From Octopus vulgaris (Eukaryota), in the NCBI GenBank assembly GCA_951406725.2, contig OX597824.1, positions 60,016,001 through 60,080,000 of the forward strand: 64,000 bases of DNA, written 5' to 3'. The position numbers and the translations under genes were made by a program. The notes beneath the pieces were generated by a model. The model was not told the DNA's origin. It ran no database searches and saw only the letters and a program-made list of their open reading frames with translations. This document shows, in pieces, positions 12,393 through 26,098 of this stretch; position 1 is the stretch's first letter, and each line of letters opens with the position of its first letter.

Positions 12393-15300
12393 CAAAAGGA
12401 TGTGTTATAATACTATTCCACATATACAAAAACAGCCATACTAGCAATCCAACATACCTCCATCATCAGCTGCCCCATAGATATCATTTTGATTTCGACA
12501 CCTGGGCAGTACCATTCAATTCGGCAGTGTCAACAGCATTAAAATAAGTGTTGTTTGGGAAAAAACAAACCCAAAAAAACCACAACTTCCAAACACATTT
12601 ACCCTATGTAAAACCGTATCGGTAAATAAATTCAATAAGTAGATTACAACAAACTCCTATATACATAACTAAAGTGACTAATCCATTAAGTCATACAAAA
12701 AGTGATAATCCCTACCGTTTTCCATAGCATAATATAATAGTGAAAGCTTAACGACCACTTTCATTCAATCAATCAATTTATAGGCAGGATTAAACACTAA
12801 CTTTAATAAAACTACAACAAAGAAACATATGAAACAAAGTACATTGTATTGGTTTTCAATATAAACCTACAATAACTAAATTATATACTAAATAGCAATC
12901 AACTTTAAGTCCATATAAATAATAATCCCACCAGTCTTCCATAATTTTACTACTATAATAAAAGTTAAAGCTTTATATAAATCTCTCCAAAACAAAACAA
13001 AAAAGATTGAAATTAATTTAACAAATAATATAATAATTATGAGTGAAATACATTATTTCATCATTCAAAAGTTAATAAAAAACACTACATACTCATGAAT
13101 ATATCACCACTACAAGCTATAATATTAAATTACCAGTATACACATTAATTTATTAAATAGGAACTAATAAAAGTACTTGTAATTAACTATTAAAGACCTT
13201 GCTATGTTTAAAGCTAATTAAAACTACAAGTATTAGCACTTACGTGTTTTATCAGACACGCAAATATATCTATCTTTTACTTGTTTCAGATAGAAGATAT
13301 ATATATAGAATTTAGTTAGAGATTATGTTAATCTCATGAAGGGATGGTGTCATCCAAGGAAATATTGGTTCAATACCTAATATTTTGTGGGGAATGGATT
13401 TCCTTAAAATAATAGGGGTTTCTATATAAACTGTAGTTTATATTCATGCAAAAGAAAAAGAAGAAAATGGAGATTTGAATCAATAAGAGTTTATTACCAG
13501 CAACAAATTGATCATTATCCCTTACAGCTGTGGGGAAAAATATACCCTTAGATGTTATGTGTGTTTGTTTGTAGATTCATGCCTGCTGTGATGAATCTAC
13601 AAGCAAACATACATAACATCTAAGGGTATATTTTTTCCCTCCGAAGAGATTATGCTCAGAAATATGAATTCAAAATTTAATTAATTTCACCATGTATAAT
13701 TGAAACAGCTGTTAAGGGATAATGATCAATTTGTTACTGATAAACTCTTATCTTCAAACTCTCCATTTTCTCCTTTTCCCTGTATATATATATGTGTATG
13801 TGTGTACGTGTGTGTGTGTGTATTTCCCTAACTTATGGACTCTTAGACGACTCTCTCATATATATATGTATGTGTATATATATATATATATATATATCTT
13901 TTATCTTTTACTTCTTTCAGTCATTAGACAGCGGCCATGCTGGGGTACTCCCTGAAGAATTTTTAGTACTATTTTTTGTTAAGGCTGGTACTTATTCTAT
14001 TGGTGTCTTTTGCTGAGCCGCTAAGTTACGGAGACATAAACCCACTACATATGTGCACACACACACACACAGGGTCTAAAACCAAGGTGTCACGTAAAAA
14101 TTTCTGTTGATGGTACCGTGCAAAAAGCACCCAGTACATTATAAAGTGGTGTCAGGAAAGGCATCCAGCCATAGAGGCCAAGCCAAAGACAAACTATGGA
14201 ACCTGGTGCGGCCCTTGGCCTTGCCAATTCCTTTCAGGCTGTTTAACTCATACCAGCATGGAAAACGGATGTTAAATGTTGATGATATATATATATATAC
14301 AGTGTACATTTAAACACATAAGAGGTTAAGAAGTAACCATCACAAGATACCTCTTATGTATTTAAATGTACACTGTATTTATATGAAGGATATATAGTCT
14401 ATTGACTAATTTTCTACACGCTAGGCCATTGGTAGTAAAAATTTCTAAAAATTTTTCTTACCCTGATATATATATATATACACACATACAAATGCACACG
14501 CACACACACATATACGTGGGTGCGCTGAAAGGTCTATATACACATGCTCGCGCACATACCAAACATACGCACTGACACATACCTAGCGTTAAGACAAAAG
14601 GGACAAAGTTTTTGATGTGTGTGTGTGTGCGCGCGTACTTATGAAAATTTTATTTGTTAGTTCCTTAGAACTGGAATTTCCCAAGTTTTGTTTTTTAAAA
14701 GTTAGGAGATTACTTTGTTTTCGGCGATCTTTCGTTTGTAGTAGCACGTTTCCGTCGATGATTTCCGTAAAAAACTTTTATTTTTTTACATATGGCCTTG
14801 CGGGAACATTTGAAGTAATGAGAGCGAAAGAGACTAAGAGGAAGCGATTTTATGACGAGGGAATTTCTTTTGAAGTTATCAAAGCATTGATGTACATGTG
14901 TGTGTGTGTGTGTGTTTGATGGGGTGTGGGAGACAAACAGTATGTTGTGTAAGTGAAGTGCTTCTGTTAGTGTGTGTGAAGAGACAGAGAGAGTAATGTG
15001 TGGAAGAGAGAGATAACTGAAATTTTTTACTCGGTGTATGTGTATATGTATGTATGTGTGTGTGTGTATGTATCTATGTATGTGTGTGTGAATGTATGTG
15101 TGTATGTATCTATGTATGTGTGTGTGTATGTATGTATGTATGGCCGATTCAGTGTAATTTTTTACTCGGTGTATGTGTATATGTATGTCTGAATGTATGT
15201 ATGTATGTATGTATGTGTGTATGTATCTATGTATGTGTATGTATGTATGGCCGATTCAGTGTAATTTTTTACTCGGTGTATGTGTATATGTATGTCTGCA

Positions 15301-15848
15301 TGTATGTGTGTGTGTATGTATCTATGTATGTATCTACACATACACCGAGTAAAAAATTTCAGTTATCTCTCTCTTTCACACATTACTCTCTCTGTCTCTT
15401 CACACACACTAACAGAAGCACTTCACTTACACAACATACTGTTTGTCTCCCACACCCCATCAAACACACACACACATGTACATCAATGCTTTGATAACTT
15501 CAAAAGAAATTCCCTCGTCATAAAATCGCTTCCTCTTAGTCTCTTTCGCTCTCATTACTTCAAATGTTCCCGCAAGGCCATATGTAAAAAAATAAAAGTT
15601 TTTTACGGAAATCGACGGAAACGTGCTACTACAAACGAAAGATTGCCATTAACATTATTAATTGAGAAAATACATTAATAAAAACAAAATCACTCAAAAG
15701 AGAAAATAGGGAAACCCCAGTTCCTAGGGAAATAAGAAACAACGAAGCAGACATACATACATGCGAATGTATGCGTGTATGTATGTCACTTAAATGTTTT
15801 TAATCTTTATAAATCTTCCACTGAGGAGGGAGCTGGTTTTCATCAAAA

Positions 15849-15879
<31 letters not shown>

Positions 15880-16549
15880 TGTGTGTGTGTGTGTGTGTGT
15901 GTGTTTGTGTTTATGCATGCATACAGATATATATACATACGTACCTACATAGATAGATAGATAGATAGATAGGACGATATAAAAAAAAGTAACTTGAGCT
16001 AGGGACTGTTGTCAAAGCAAAGATACTCGTATTTCTAATTTACAACAAAAACAAACCGATTCTTTTGTGTTGTTTACTTTTTACGCTTGTATTATATTTC
16101 GGATTTTTGTTTTTGGAAGTGTTGGTGGTGGTACATTTTGTCTTTGTCTTCTAAATTATTTTTATATCATGATAAAAATAATAAAACAACAACAATTATA
16201 TTCGTATGCGTTTGCGTGCAATCACTTAGGCAAAGGTTACCTGCCAACCGTCAAAGATAATGATTCAAGCTGTAGATTAAGAAAGTGAAAGTAGACGCAT
16301 TTATCCAAAGAATTGTCATAGTAATTTATAGAAGAAATAATCTTAGATGTCCATCTTTCTTTGAGACGGTAGGATGTAATTTAAAAGAGATTTGGCTGCT
16401 TTTCCTAGCACGTAGGAATAGTACACTAAAGGCACTCTTGTTTGTTTGTTTTCTGGTATATCGTCTGAGCGATTAAAATCTAGAGAATCCAAAGGCAATG
16501 TGATGATTTTGCTAAATCTTTTCTCTCTGTCTGTCTCTGTCTCTCTCTC

Positions 16550-16593
<44 letters not shown>

Positions 16594-18351
16594 GCACTCT
16601 ATTTCTCTTTCTCTCTCTCTCTCTCACACACATACATATTCTTCCTCTCCCTCTTTCTCGCTCTCACTTTTTCTTCATTTATTTTACTCAACAATATATA
16701 ACGAGTTGTTTCTTTACTAACGTCTGTTGTTGATTTGTCATTAATAGGACATAATTTAATATTATTTAAATTTAAGATATGTGGTTATCAATGACAGCCT
16801 ACAATACAGTAATCATTAATTACTGTCAGGTAAAAGTATAGGCTCTCTTCTAATACGTTACATTTTCTCTTTTCATTTCTTCTGTGTAAAAATAATCAGA
16901 AACTTCTCAACCAAGGAAAATGGAATTTAAACATTGACACTTGTAATCTGGAATTTAAAAGGTAAGTTGCTTTATTAATATAATAAATAAACCAATCTAT
17001 TTGGTGAGGTTCTGTGGTGTAGTGGTTATCACGTCTGCTTTACACGCAGAATGTCGCGAGTTCGAACCTCGCCAGAACCTCTGAGTGCTAAATTTTTTTC
17101 ATTCCATCAATATGTTTATTTTAAATTTTGATTCATCATTCCTGATCGATAAACATAGAATAACAATCATGCAGTGGAGTCGATTTAATCACCATGTTAT
17201 TACCGAAAGCCTGTGATGCTGTTCCTGTATGAGAAATAGTCTTCACAGTCAATTGGACAAGATATATAAGCCATCATTCTTTATACTTTTGTATAAACAC
17301 AGGGTGCAATCTGGGTAAATGTATTCTATAGTGGGCAACTGGGTATTTATTTCTGGGGTAGACATTGTGTTGTGTTGACAATTGTGTGATGGATGTAACT
17401 TTGCATGGTAAATTGTGGGTGCAGCAGGAGTAGATATTGGATATATGTATAAGTGTGGTAGATGCCATGTTGTGAATTGTGAGTATAATGAGTAGATGTG
17501 TATGTGTATGTGTGTTTTAGGTACCACTAGGCAGGGCTGACATTAAGCCATTTGAACCAATTGCTCCCAATTGGGCCCTGTGACGAAGGGGGAGGGCGCA
17601 CTCAAGAGGACACATTCTATACTGCAGCATTTCATAAAGGTGGTCTCTCTGAAGTCTTTTAAAATAATCTACAAGGTCTTTCAAAAAAAAAAAGAAAAGA
17701 AAAAAAAAACTTTCTACACAAGATATCAAAAGATAAATCCATTCATCCAAAACTGCTTGGGTCAGCCACTGAATTTGAAGAAATTTATTGCATTTTTAGT
17801 GTAAGGGTCAATATGTCTGTTTGTATACGAATGTTTGGGAGTGTTTATGGTGATGTTTGGGTAAAGTATTTGTGTGTCTGTGAGAATATGTGTGTGGGTG
17901 AATTGTATGTATGTATGTGTGCATATGTTTGTGTGTGTCAGTTTCTATAAATATGTTTAATTTTGGAGAAACTTTTTTATTTCAGAATTACGGAGATGTA
18001 CTTACATAACAAGTGACCTGATCTGAGATCGTGTGCTGGAACGAAAACAATTACAGCATGGAAGGTGTTTATAAGACATTTAAGAAACACACAAAATCTA
18101 TTAGATTCACTTCAACATTTAAATTTATTTTTGTCAGAATATTTTCGTTGCTTTCAGACCGTGACCTGTTCACTGGCAAAATTCTGTGCAGCATGGAATT
18201 TTGTCAGTGAACAGGTCGTGGACTCAAATTGACAAAAATATTTTGACAAATTAAATTTAAATGTTGAAGTGAATCTAACAGTTTTTGTGTGTTTCTTAAA
18301 TGGCTTATAAACACCTTCCACGCTGCAATTGTTTTTTATTTCAATAAAGTG

Positions 18352-18402
<51 letters not shown>

Positions 18403-18701
18403 CTTGCGAGGAAGGGATGGCCTCCCTTTGCAAATACTCCAAGGACACAGATATTGTGTCTAGAGCCAGCTAGAGACGAAGATCTCTTGGGGCTATAAAG
18501 CTACAGTAACACCCCCTCCCCAATGTGGTTAGCCATGATAAGATGGCTTCTATACTTTACATTATCGAGCGATTACTGTTTCAATCTCATTCTGAGATTT
18601 AAATAATATAAATTAAATTAGAGATAAAACCACTATTATGCAAATCAAACAGTGAAAAACATAAACCAAAACATAAAAATGAATATAATTAATATATATA
18701 C

Positions 18702-18798
<97 letters not shown>

Positions 18799-21025
18799 TC
18801 TTGTATATTCTATCTTCTGTCTTTCATTTGCCATATATATATATATATATACATATATTGAAATATATATATGTTTGTACATGTTTACTTTTGGGAAAAT
18901 TTTATTATTTCAATAAAGTCTATTCTATATATATGTGTGTTAGATGGTATGACAGGGGCTAACAAGCCAAGGGCTACGTCTGGCACCTGTGTGGTTTGGC
19001 ATGGTTTGGCATAATAGGCATTTTTATATTTTTATGATTGTATAGACCTTGGTGCAAGTTAACTAGGAACCTGGGGCCCACCAAAATTGTTCCCAATTGG
19101 GCCCCATACTTCCTAAGGCCAGCCCTGTCACTGGGTCAGTAGTAGATGATGGAGTTTTACTTCTAAACTACAGCACCTCCCACCTGCTAAGTAGACTGCA
19201 TTGTTAACACTGATTGTAATCAGCTACAGAATAGAAGTGGGATGAGTTAGAGGATGGTGAATCAAGTGCTCAAACAATGAACTGACACCTCAAGAACTTG
19301 TGAATATAGCTATCCACATAGTAGAGTAGTGTCAGTTACATAAAGATGATGTGATGACAATGATGATAATGATGATGTTGATGATGTTGATGATGATGTT
19401 GATGATGATGATGTTGATGATGAGGATGATGTTGATGATGATGATGATAATGATGTTGATGATGATGTTGATGAGTATGATGATGATGAGTATGATGATG
19501 ATGTTGAGGATGACAGTGATGACGTTAATGGACCTAATCTTTTTATAATATTATAAAAATGTTTTTTTTTCCTTTCCAGATTTCACATAACTCCTGATAT
19601 TTCATTATCCGCGTAAGTCTACACACAACTCTCTTACTTAACTATAACAAATACCCAACATAAATGGCAGACAGGGTGATGGGTGTCGAGATGGTGGTGA
19701 GATGGCAGGAAACTGACCAGATGTGTCAGCTGTCCACAGCTAAGTACACTAAGGTGACACTTGTTTACTGATCATGCTTCAAGAACCCTGCAGAGTATTC
19801 TTACAGTTTGAAGCAATGATGCTTTTTATAGGTGTTCTATCTTTACATTCATTATTATTGTTGTCATCATCATCATCCTCCTCCTCATCATTATCATCAT
19901 CACCACCACCACCACCACCACCAAGGAGGCAAACCTTTTGTAACAGTTCTACTGGACACTCTATTCCAATTTCCTTTATATTCCTCTTGATGCTTTCTGA
20001 TACTGTTTCCAAGGACCCAACAATAATTGGCACTATCTTCACCTTCATTTTCCATGGCTGGGCTATTTTGTACTTAAGGGGATTGTATCTATTTATCTTT
20101 ACGCCTTCTTTCTTGACTATTCATGGATCAAAGGGGCATGCAACATCAACTGTATAGCATATGTGGTGCATCTTGTCCACCACCACTAGGTCCGGCCTGT
20201 TATGCTTTAGCACCGATCTGTTTGGATTGGAAAATCCCAGACGATTTTGCTAGTCTCCGACTCTGTCACTCTCTGCGGTTTGTGCTCATACCACGTCTTG
20301 CCTCTCTCTAGCCCCAACTTTTTTCACAATTTCCAATATAGCACTTTTGCTACCTAGTCATGTCGCCACAACTTGTAGTGGTTTTGAGCAAGTCTAAGGC
20401 ATTCATTTGTGATATGGTTTCATCCACTCTATTGCAGATGCGGCACAATGGAGACACTTACTCATTCCTCAGGTTGACCTTCCAGTTCGTGACCAAAGCT
20501 TGGTCCTGCACTGCCATCTATTCCAATCTTTAGGGATAGTTCCCAATGCACCTATAGCTATTGGGATAGGTTCTGGTACTTTTCTATTTTTCTCTACCCC
20601 TCATTTTTGATCATTTGGGACTGTAAAGTCAATTATCTAACACTTCCTATTCTCTTTATCTACTACTGCTAAATCAGGCCTTCCAGCTCCTATTACTTTG
20701 TTGCTCTGAATGTTAAAGTCCCATGACTTTCTAGTACTTTACTTGGTTCATGTTCATACCATTTATCAGTATGTTCAAATCCTAGCTTTTAACATAACTG
20801 CCAGTAGATTACTCTCCATAGGTTGTTATGTTTTTTCTTGTATCCTTTTTGTGCCAGCATACTGAATTCACTTACTATATGAGTAATGCTTTCCTGTTTT
20901 GTTTTGCATAGCCTACATTGGGAATCTACTTGGTTTTTGTCTATCTTGGCTTTTATGCAATTAGTCCTTAATGCTTGATCTTATGCAGCTACTAACAAAC
21001 TTTCTGTCTCCCTTTCCAGCCTTCC

Positions 21026-21078
<53 letters not shown>

Positions 21079-23731
21079 TAAGAAGCAGTGAACTGGCATA
21101 ACTGTTAGCACCATTTTGTTCATCTTTACATTGTGAGTTCAAATTCTGCTGAGGTCAACGTTGCCTTTCATTCTTTTGGGGTTGATAAAATAAGTACCAG
21201 TCAGGTACTGGGGTCAATGTAAATGACTCCCCACTCCCTTCAAAAACTACTGGCCCTGTACCAAAATTATTATCATCATTATTATTATTTGATGAAAACT
21301 CTCAGCTTATTTTGCTGTGTATGATGGAAATTGTCAGTTGTCCATAGCCAGCAGACTAAGGTGACACTTGTTAACTGGTCATGCTTCAAGAACCCTGTGA
21401 AAAATTCATGCAGTTCCAAGCAATTCTGATTTTTGTAGGTGTTCTACTTTTACATTAGTATCAATCTTTTTGAGCCATGTTGTTAGTTGAATGCTGATAC
21501 TTCTAAGTGTGCCAGTTACTATTGGTACCATGTCTACTCTCCTCATTGATCACAACCTTGTTATTTACCACTTCAAATCATCGTAGTTATTCAGTTTTTG
21601 TTCTTCTTTCTCTGTGATCTTGTTGTCACCAGGACATGCTATGTCTATTGTCATGCATGTTCTTCCTTTTTTTCACTATGACAATGTACAGTTTATGATG
21701 TCTGGTCATATGATTACACTGAATCATTGCATCCCACAGGATTTTGCAATTTTCATTCTAAGTGACTCCCTCTGGGTTTGCTCATACTTACGTCTTTGCT
21801 CTTCATAGGCTGTGATTTCTACAGAGCTCTCAATGTATCATTCTTGTTGCATTGTCATATCATCTATTGTATTCACACTGTGCCAATTTCAGGCATTTAC
21901 TAACAATGTGTCATACCATTTCACCCCTCCCACCAATTCTGCATTTGTTGCTGTTGGTAGTGTTGTCAATTCTGCACTTTACATTGTTAGTCCTTAACAC
22001 TTGTTCTTGTGCTGTGCATATAAGTGCTTCTGTCTCTATCTTCAGGTCACTCCTCCTCATCCATAGCCACTGGTCTTCTGTATCTGTCTTGGAGTTTGTA
22101 TCTCTTACAAACTGGTGATACATTCTTTTCCTTCCAAGCTGTTTCTTTTTTGGTCTCTTTACTTCTTTTTGTTTACACAATTCTCAGTTTTAATGATGCC
22201 AGCCTTCTTTGCACATTTCAACAATGGTGCCACAGCATTTTTTACATACCACCCTAAGCTGTTTTCCTCTGCTTTGATACAATCCTGGCAACTGATCAAA
22301 CCTCCCCCACCCTTTCTTCTAGACAAGTATAGCTTATCAGTGTCACTCTTAGGGTGGAAGGCTCCTATTATTATTAAGTGTGGTGGATTGGCAGAATCAG
22401 TTGAGTGACAGACAAAATTCCACACAGTATTTAGTTATGATCCTTTACTTCCTGAGTTCAAATCCTATTGAAGCCAACTTTATCTTCCATCCGTCCAGAG
22501 TCCATAAAGCATATCTATAAAGCATCCTCAATGAGAACGTATTACAACAGAACAAGAAGAGATTGTATACCATTTATCTTTTACAAAGAAACTAACATTT
22601 TGAAACTGTAATTGTTGTTGATATTGTTGTTGCTGATAATGTTGTTTAGCCCCAGGTCAGCCCTGACTGAGCAGACCTATAATGCAAATCTGTTCAGCTG
22701 TAGTCATCTAATCTTTTTGTATATTTATGATTATATTATCTAATGAATCTATTTTTAAAAGTTTAGGTTGTCATTTGCAGGAATTAGGTTGATATTTCTA
22801 GCAAATTAAGTAACTTTGTAGTGCCATTTGTACTCTTCAAATGAGTATTTAAAATCTTATGTGATCACTAGTTTGACTACTATTTCTGACTGATTAAACA
22901 ACCCTGTTGAGGCTCAGCCATCAGTTTTCTTCTGAGTATTTTCTTTAAAAGCCTTCTGCCAGTCTGGCAAGTCTGAAGTGTTCTCTTTACAAAAACTTTT
23001 TCATGGTTACAAATTAGTGCCTCCTCATCAAGCAATTAAAAGGTCAAAAGTCCTTTTGAAGATCTCAGCTCATTCCTATGAAAAATTGTATTAATTCCTA
23101 TGAAGAATTCAGTATCAAAATACTGCTTTAATATAATATCCTCTATCAAGATAAATTCTTCCTTCATTTATTTTATTTCTTTTATGACATAAATTCTGCT
23201 TTTTATTTTACTTCTTTCAATTTCCTCCCAGAATAGTCTCCATTATATTTTCAGAATTTTCGATGCTATAGAAAAAGCAGACAAAATAATGCGAACAAAA
23301 GACCAAACTGAGGCAATGTTAGCTGATCTGTAAGTGTTTCTATTCCCAACATCATTGTACAGAGGTATGGACATGAGGGTTATGAGTTCAAAACTACATA
23401 CAGACATTGCACTGATTCTTTTTGTTGAATTTCATTTGTTTACGATATACATTAATAAAATGGAATACCACACATATACATATGGATATATACATCGAGG
23501 GTATGAAAGGTATTGGTGTCAAGAAGACCCAAAAGTGTCAGGTAATGCTGAGGAAGTGCTATGGACAGACTAGTTAAGCTCCAGGTTCGATGATGATACA
23601 ATGAGGAGTCCAACGTAGGTAGATTTTAGCATGCATATATATAAAAATTATCTGAATGCGATAAAAAACCTCAAGGCTGTGAAACTTTTCTACAGCCTTG
23701 GGTTTTTATCTCATTCTGTTAATTTTTATAT

Positions 23732-23772
<41 letters not shown>

Positions 23773-26062
23773 CCTATATATATATCAGTTGAATAAAGTT
23801 AAAACATGGTCCAGTTTTCATGTTTTTTATTATGGTATTTAAAAAAAATTTTTACAATGTTGAAGTGTGTTAAACATTAAAAAATAAATTTTGTAATGTT
23901 CATAAAGTTCAATTAGCACTTTCATAGTAATCATCAGATTTCGAAATGTATTTAAATGACAGTTGAATTCTTGACAACTATAGTAAAATGATTGACTTCT
24001 TTTTGTATCTCTTAGAAGGCTCTAACAAGCTGAATTTTTGAAATACGGTTTTGACTAATCTGCATACATCTTAAACTTCATGGTTTGCCAGGCGTACTGA
24101 TATTACTGGCATAGATCCTGCTTTTATTTTAACCATTCAGCTTGTGGTTTACATGTAATGATTTTATGAGTGAGCAATCTTGGTTTTGATCGTTTTTATT
24201 TCAGTTGGTGGGAGTCTTCTGTGATTTGTTTACATTCATATGTTAAAGATATTTTTTAATCCACATCATTAACTGGTTATTATATCATTGTTGTTATTTC
24301 CATTCAAAACAGGTTTGAACATTTTAATAAACTGTTTCTCTTTCTCCTTCTTCTAACCTCACTTGTGTCATGTGGTTTGAGGAAAGGAAAAATTAGAAAC
24401 GTTTCCTGACCATATGTTTCTGTTTGCTCAATAGAATTTGGTGAACATTAGTGTTCTGGATTTGTTGTCTATGGACTTGTGAACATTCTGATAATGCATT
24501 CCCTGCAAAAGTCAGCCATGGTATGATTTGTCACAAGCTCTAAAATCTTGGCATATTTGGAAAACTTGGAGAATGGCTACATGACTTTCTAAAAAATAGA
24601 AGTCAAATAGTGGTGGTCAATGGGGTCCAAGAAAACACAAATAATGAGTGGTGTTCCACAGGGCACTGGCCACTGCCATTCATTGTGGTCTTCTCTGACA
24701 TGCCCTTAGCTGCTCAAGTAGCTACTCTTGCTGGCTATGCAGATGACACAAAAGTCTCTCAGAGGGTACAGAACCCTGGAGACATTGTGCATCTGCAACG
24801 TGAGTTGGACACAATATACAGGTGGGCCAAGGAAAATAACATGCAGTTTAATACTGCAAAATTCCAAGCCATGCACTACCAAAACAGGAAACTCAATGAA
24901 AATCAAAATCAGTGTGTGATTTTGGCACCAACATGAGTAATGATGCATCTTTACAGGTGCACAACTCACCTCTGATCGAATTCTGGAATGATGTATACCA
25001 ATATCTTGCCATTTTTGTGGCTTCTCAACATTGTGTACTTGAATCAAACTGGGGATGAATGGAATTGCCAGTCTATGACTATATATAAAATATGTAAAAA
25101 ATGTGTGTGTCCATATACATGTGTGTGTCTATATATATGTGTGAAATGGTTGTGTCTGTGTGTGTGTGTATGTATGTATGTATGTATGTATGTATGTATG
25201 TATGTATGTATGTATGTATGTATGTATGTATGTATGTATGTATGTGTGCACTAATACTTACATTTGAATGTATGAACATGTGTGCTAATGTGCTTGTGAT
25301 TATTCAGAATATGTATGTAGTTGATACCATACTAATATTCTTCTGGCATCCCTCAAAACTGGCAGGGCATGAAATTCCAACAAATTATGCCCCACTTTCT
25401 GTCCTAATCTTTCTTTTAAACCTTATTATATTCACCCTTTATGTTCCTCTCTTCCAACTGACCACATGACTTTTCAGGCAGAATTGTTAGCATGCTGGGA
25501 AAAATTCTTAGCAGCATTTTGTCTGTCTTTATGTTCTGAGTTCAAATTTTGCCATGGTCAACTTTGCCTGTCATCCTTCAGGGTCGATAAAATAAGTATC
25601 AGTTGAACAGTGGGGTTGATGTAAGCAACTCTACCCTTCCCACAAAATTGCTGCTCTTGTGGCAAAATTTGAAACCATTATTTATTTTCTTTATTTATTT
25701 ACATATTTATCTATTCATTTATTCACCTAAATTAATACTAGACTGGTCGACTTACCTCTCTTTGGAAATTAATTTATTCCTTCCACATCATCTTTCACAA
25801 ACTTATTTTATCATTTATGTTTATATTTTTCTGCTTATTTGACTTTTATTTCTTTTTTTTTTTAAACTTCTCCCTCTAAAATTACATTGTTCTATTTTAT
25901 ATGTAAGTTAAAATTGATGTAACATCTATTATATAACTGACAAAACTATGAAACAGCTGTGAATGAATAGAATAAACATCTACTCTCTCACCTCACTTCT
26001 CTCATCTGTTCTAAATGTGTGTGCATAAAATAAATATATATGTATATGTATGTTGGTGTGTG

Positions 26063-26098
<36 letters not shown>

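Noticed and set aside
17986-18013. Apparent exon (tttcag...acaa|gtgacc) in intron 2
   Set aside because: Weak donor, a 27-nt stretch at the edge of a repeat, and not needed for frame or homology between exons 2 and 3.
18565-18600. Partial hammerhead-like pieces on the minus strand here and near 13238-13260
   Set aside because: Only the GAAAC/NUH half or a collapsed core is present, with no complete stem I-core-stem II set.
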